From: an uncultured Gemmatimonadales bacterium
GTDB lineage: Bacteria > Gemmatimonadota > Gemmatimonadetes > Gemmatimonadales > GWC2-71-9
DNA: 64,000 nucleotides
Assembly (NCBI GenBank): GCA_963795085.1
Contig: CAWCFX010000002.1
Span: forward strand, 128,001-192,000
Reading direction: 5' to 3'
Part shown: one piece after another, positions 60,816 to 64,000 of the stretch
How positions within the stretch are numbered: the stretch's first letter is position 1
How the letters are laid out: each line of letters begins with the position of its first letter
Notes under the pieces: generated by a model
Seen by the model: the letters and a program-made list of their open reading frames with translations, nothing else
What the model was told of the DNA's origin: nothing
Database searches by the model: none
Program-made: the position numbers and the translations under genes

Positions 60816-62036
60816 GTGGGAGCTACCTCGATTGTACCTGCACGGCTGGCCGCCCAGCATGGGGACTATGGCATTCACCTTGCCGCCCAGGCCGTCTTGG
60901 TCGCGACCCGCGTTGACCCGGTTCCGGGAGGTACCCGCCTGGAGGAAACCCGGGTGGTCCAGCCCGTGGTCATGCTGCGGGCCCATGTACTGGGCGGCCG
61001 GATTCAATTGAGCGGCGTGGTAAACCTGGAGGGATGGACCATCCCCGAGGGAGAACTCACGCCGGGCGCCTTTGGAGAGGGATACGTCGACCGCCGCCAC
61101 CCGCACACCTACTTCCACGAACTGATGGTATCGGGGACCGACCTCCTGGGTCGGCTGGACGGGAGACTTCGTCTCTCCCTGAGCGCCGGGAAGGGCTTTG
61201 CCACCTTCGGTACCGACGACCCCATGAGCCGGCCGCCGGTCCGCTACCCGGTCAACCACCACTTCAGCCAGATCCTGGAGCGGGCGGTAGGCGCGGCCGG
61301 TGCGGCCTACGGCCCTCTGATGCTCGAAGCCTCGCTGTTCAACGGGGACGAGCCGGAGCACCCCGATCAGTGGCCGCTTCTCGACCGGTTCGGCGATTCC
61401 TGGGCGGCCCGGCTGACCGTGTTCCCCCTGCGCGGGTTGGAGGTGCAGGGCTCGCGCGCCACCGTGTTCTCGCCGGAGCATCGGCCCGGGGCCGGACTCG
61501 AAGTCAGCAAACGCAGTGTCTCGGTGCGCTATGCAGAGGCGGTTGCCGGCCTCCCGGTGTACGTGCTGGCCGAATGGTCCGAGTCCTCGGAGGCGGACCG
61601 GTTCTTCGTGTTTGATTCCTACCTGGTTGAGCTGCAACTGAGCCCGGGCCGGCACCGGGCCTATGCCCGCGCCGAGCGGACCGAACGCCCCGAGGAATTC
61701 CGGACCCTGAGCCGGTTTCGCACGGTGCGCCCCCACATGGAGAATACCCTCATCGGGATCACCAGCTGGAACCTGCAGACCATCGGCTACGGACTGGCCG
61801 CCGGCCCGCTGTGGGGAGGGCTCACCATTGAACCGTTCGGCGAGATCACCCATGCCACGGTGTCCAGGGTAGGGCGGGGGCTGTTTCGCCCCGCGCAGCA
61901 CTACGGCGAGACCACCATCTGGGCGCTTTCTGCGGGGATCCGCATCGACTGGCGCATGCGGGGTCACCGCATGGGCCGGTACGGGGTGGCCGCTCCCCCC
62001 CTCACGCTCTCCCATCACCTGGATCAACCCATATGA
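60816..62036 (+). CDS. Hypothetical outer-membrane beta-barrel protein
   Basis: Amphipathic strands; YVDRRHPHTYFHEL and NHHFSQ motifs. Start uncertain because the hydrophobic signal-like stretch begins upstream of the GTG. Confidence 0.65.
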   Translation: MGATSIVPARLAAQHGDYGIHLAAQAVLVATRVDPVPGGTRLEETRVVQPVVMLRAHVLGGRIQLSGVVNLEGWTIPEGELTPGAFGEGYVDRRHPHTYFHELMVSGTDLLGRLDGRLRLSLSAGKGFATFGTDDPMSRPPVRYPVNHHFSQILERAVGAAGAAYGPLMLEASLFNGDEPEHPDQWPLLDRFGDSWAARLTVFPLRGLEVQGSRATVFSPEHRPGAGLEVSKRSVSVRYAEAVAGLPVYVLAEWSESSEADRFFVFDSYLVELQLSPGRHRAYARAERTERPEEFRTLSRFRTVRPHMENTLIGITSWNLQTIGYGLAAGPLWGGLTIEPFGEITHATVSRVGRGLFRPAQHYGETTIWALSAGIRIDWRMRGHRMGRYGVAAPPLTLSHHLDQPI

Positions 62037-63811
62037 AGCGCATCACGTTCCTGATCTCCATGGGGCTGCTGGGCAGCCTCGCGTGCGGCGGGGGAGACTC
62101 CGGCAGCGGGCCAGACCCCGAGCCGGCCGGGCCCCGGCTCGCGGTAGCAGGCGGGAACCAGCAGACTGACACGGTGGGACACGTCCTGAACCTCCCGCTC
62201 ACCGTCGTCCTCGAAGACACCCTGGGGCAGCCGATGGCCGGAGTGGTCGTGGAGTGGAGTGTCGTGACCGGAGCCGGGACCGTCACCCCGCGGTCGGCAG
62301 TGACCGGCAGTGATGGCCGGGCGGCGGCGGACTACACCCTCGGGCCCTTGGTCGTCGCCAACTCGGTGCGTGCCTTCAGCGCCGAGGCGGTGTTCCCGGT
62401 GTTCTTTACCGAGAACCCCGTCAACGACGTCCCCTCCCAGTTGATCAGGGCCGCCGGCGACAGCCAGTATTCGGATATCGGCGTGGCCACGGTGACCCAA
62501 TACAGTGTCAAGGTGGCCGACCAGTACGGTAACGCGGTTCCCCAGGCGACCGTCCAGTGGACACCCGCCTCCGGCCAGGGATCGGTCTCGGTGGCGACCT
62601 CGGTCTCTGATGCGGCCGGCATCGCGAGAACCCGCCATACGCCCGCGGTGGCAGGAACGAACGTCGTGACCGCTTCTCCGGTCGGCTTTACCGGTGCGCC
62701 AGTCACCTTTCTCACTCTCGGGGTCCTGCCGCCTGTGCTCATGGCCGAGGTCCCGGTACCGCCGAACTACGGTAGCCACGACACCTTCGTCCGTGACGGG
62801 ATCGCCTTTCACTGTGCCTGGAATACCGGGGTGATCATTCTCGACGTGGGCAATGGTATCCGGGGCGGAAGCCCCTCCAACCCGGTGGAAATCAGCCGGC
62901 TGATCACCGCCGACCATGGTATCCCGGGCGGCTCCGCAGTTCACAATGCCTGGTGGTTTCACAACCCGGTCACCGGTGAGAAGCGATACCTGTTCATCGG
63001 CCAGGAGGGATTAGGGGTCAACGGAGGGAACTCGTCCGGCGACATTCACATCGTCGACGTGTCGAACCTGGCCCAACCGGTCGAGGTGGGCTACTACACG
63101 CTCCCCGGAGCCGGGGTGCATAATTTCTGGATGGACGAAGCCAACCAGGTGCTGTACGCCGCGTTCTATGCCGGGGGGGTGGTGGCGCTCGACGTCTCGG
63201 GGACGCTGCAGGGCAATATCGCCAACCGGCGGATCGCCCGGATCCAGCCTGCCGGCCCGGGCAATACGCTGACCTGGGGCGTCCAGCTCTACCAGGGTTC
63301 ACTCTATGCGTCTGACATGATCAACGGATTCTACCAGCTCAAGCTCAACGGGCTGGTGTTTTCCGTGGCGGCCGGCGGGAACAACATCGACCCGGCGCAA
63401 GGCATCAGCACGGACCTCTGGGTGGCGAACGGGTATGCGTACACCGGGTTTTCCGGGGGGCGCAATTCCAAGGTGCTCGTGTGGCGGCTGGATCCATCCG
63501 GCGCCCCGGTCCTCGTGAACCAGATCATACCGCCGGCCGGGGTCTATTCGCTGAGCGACGTCGAGGTCAGCCCCAGTGGCCGCCTCCTGATGTTTTCCAC
63601 GGAGGGCGGGGTGAACGCAGGGTATTATTTCTATAATCTCAGCGACCCGGCCAATCCCCGGTTCGTATCCCGGTACGTGGTGTCCAATGGAACCGCCGGG
63701 ATTCACACCGCGACCTACGGAACCGTCAACGGTCGCCTCTACGCTTTCGGGTCGAAGAACCCCTCGGGGCCAGCTATGCAGATCCTCGATGTCACCTCAC
63801 TGGATTTCTGA
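62033..63811 (+). CDS. Lipoprotein with two Ig-like domains and LVIVD-repeat beta-propeller
   Basis: Lipobox SLAC; TGSDGRA and SDAAGIA Big_1-like motifs; repeats GVIILDV, IHIVDVSN and GVVALDVS. Confidence 0.8.
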   Translation: MKRITFLISMGLLGSLACGGGDSGSGPDPEPAGPRLAVAGGNQQTDTVGHVLNLPLTVVLEDTLGQPMAGVVVEWSVVTGAGTVTPRSAVTGSDGRAAADYTLGPLVVANSVRAFSAEAVFPVFFTENPVNDVPSQLIRAAGDSQYSDIGVATVTQYSVKVADQYGNAVPQATVQWTPASGQGSVSVATSVSDAAGIARTRHTPAVAGTNVVTASPVGFTGAPVTFLTLGVLPPVLMAEVPVPPNYGSHDTFVRDGIAFHCAWNTGVIILDVGNGIRGGSPSNPVEISRLITADHGIPGGSAVHNAWWFHNPVTGEKRYLFIGQEGLGVNGGNSSGDIHIVDVSNLAQPVEVGYYTLPGAGVHNFWMDEANQVLYAAFYAGGVVALDVSGTLQGNIANRRIARIQPAGPGNTLTWGVQLYQGSLYASDMINGFYQLKLNGLVFSVAAGGNNIDPAQGISTDLWVANGYAYTGFSGGRNSKVLVWRLDPSGAPVLVNQIIPPAGVYSLSDVEVSPSGRLLMFSTEGGVNAGYYFYNLSDPANPRFVSRYVVSNGTAGIHTATYGTVNGRLYAFGSKNPSGPAMQILDVTSLDF

Positions 63812-64000
63812 TGCTCCCTGGCACCTCCCGCCCTGGCCAGCCCCGGTACCTGCTGGATTCTGTTCGCTTCCGGCTGGTTCCGGCAGCCGTCCTGTTCGCC
63901 GCCGCTCTCCACCTGTCGTCCTGTGGTGACGGCCATGGACCCGACCAGCGGGTCGCGTCCATCGTCGTCAGTCCGCCCAACGTGGATCTCACGGTCGGCA
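63811..64000 (+). CDS. Lipoprotein with Ig-like domain, N-terminal part (runs off the right edge)
   Basis: TGATG overlap; AVLFAAALHLSSC lipobox followed by VASIVVSPPNVDLTVG. Confidence 0.65.
   Translation, partial: MLPGTSRPGQPRYLLDSVRFRLVPAAVLFAAALHLSSCGDGHGPDQRVASIVVSPPNVDLTVG

Overview
High-GC, gene-dense bacterial window. Gene content and style (TonB-dependent receptors, Ser/Thr kinase and TolB-like/TPR receptors, Ig/LVIVD lipoproteins, an orphan MacB-type permease) suggest Gemmatimonadota, which is an inference. From left to right: (i) the 5' part of a TonB-dependent receptor; (ii) a tightly coupled accessory operon (1170-10524) encoding a calcineurin-like metallophosphoesterase with an internal repeated G-[GS]-D-I-S motif, a membrane-anchored trypsin-like protease with TolB-like/TPR domains, a GMC (cholesterol-oxidase-like)/alpha-beta-hydrolase fusion and a Ser/Thr kinase, the best candidate for an undescribed signalling or conflict system; (iii) an aromatic acyl-CoA degradation cluster with a single short BoxB-like epoxidase subunit and a TetR gene preceded by a PaaR-type operator; (iv) ECF sigma/anti-sigma/Spy-like genes followed by nfeD-floA; (v) tRNA-Leu(CAA), a 17-bp tandem repeat, DUF2252 and a candidate rod-shaped RNA before pepA; (vi) a long housekeeping run (yicC, gmk, rpoZ, coaBC, UDG, dnaB, radA, ispD, tsaC, aroE, comF, gap, pgk, tpiA, secG, carA, HU, moaDEA, trmL, cls, mdh, sdhCAB), interrupted by an array of four ~108-bp non-coding repeats and by an ECF/YCII cassette; (vii) an outer-membrane/lipoprotein cluster running off the right edge. 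No CRISPR array, rRNA, integrase or transposase was seen. All calls come from motif recognition by eye; no searches were run.
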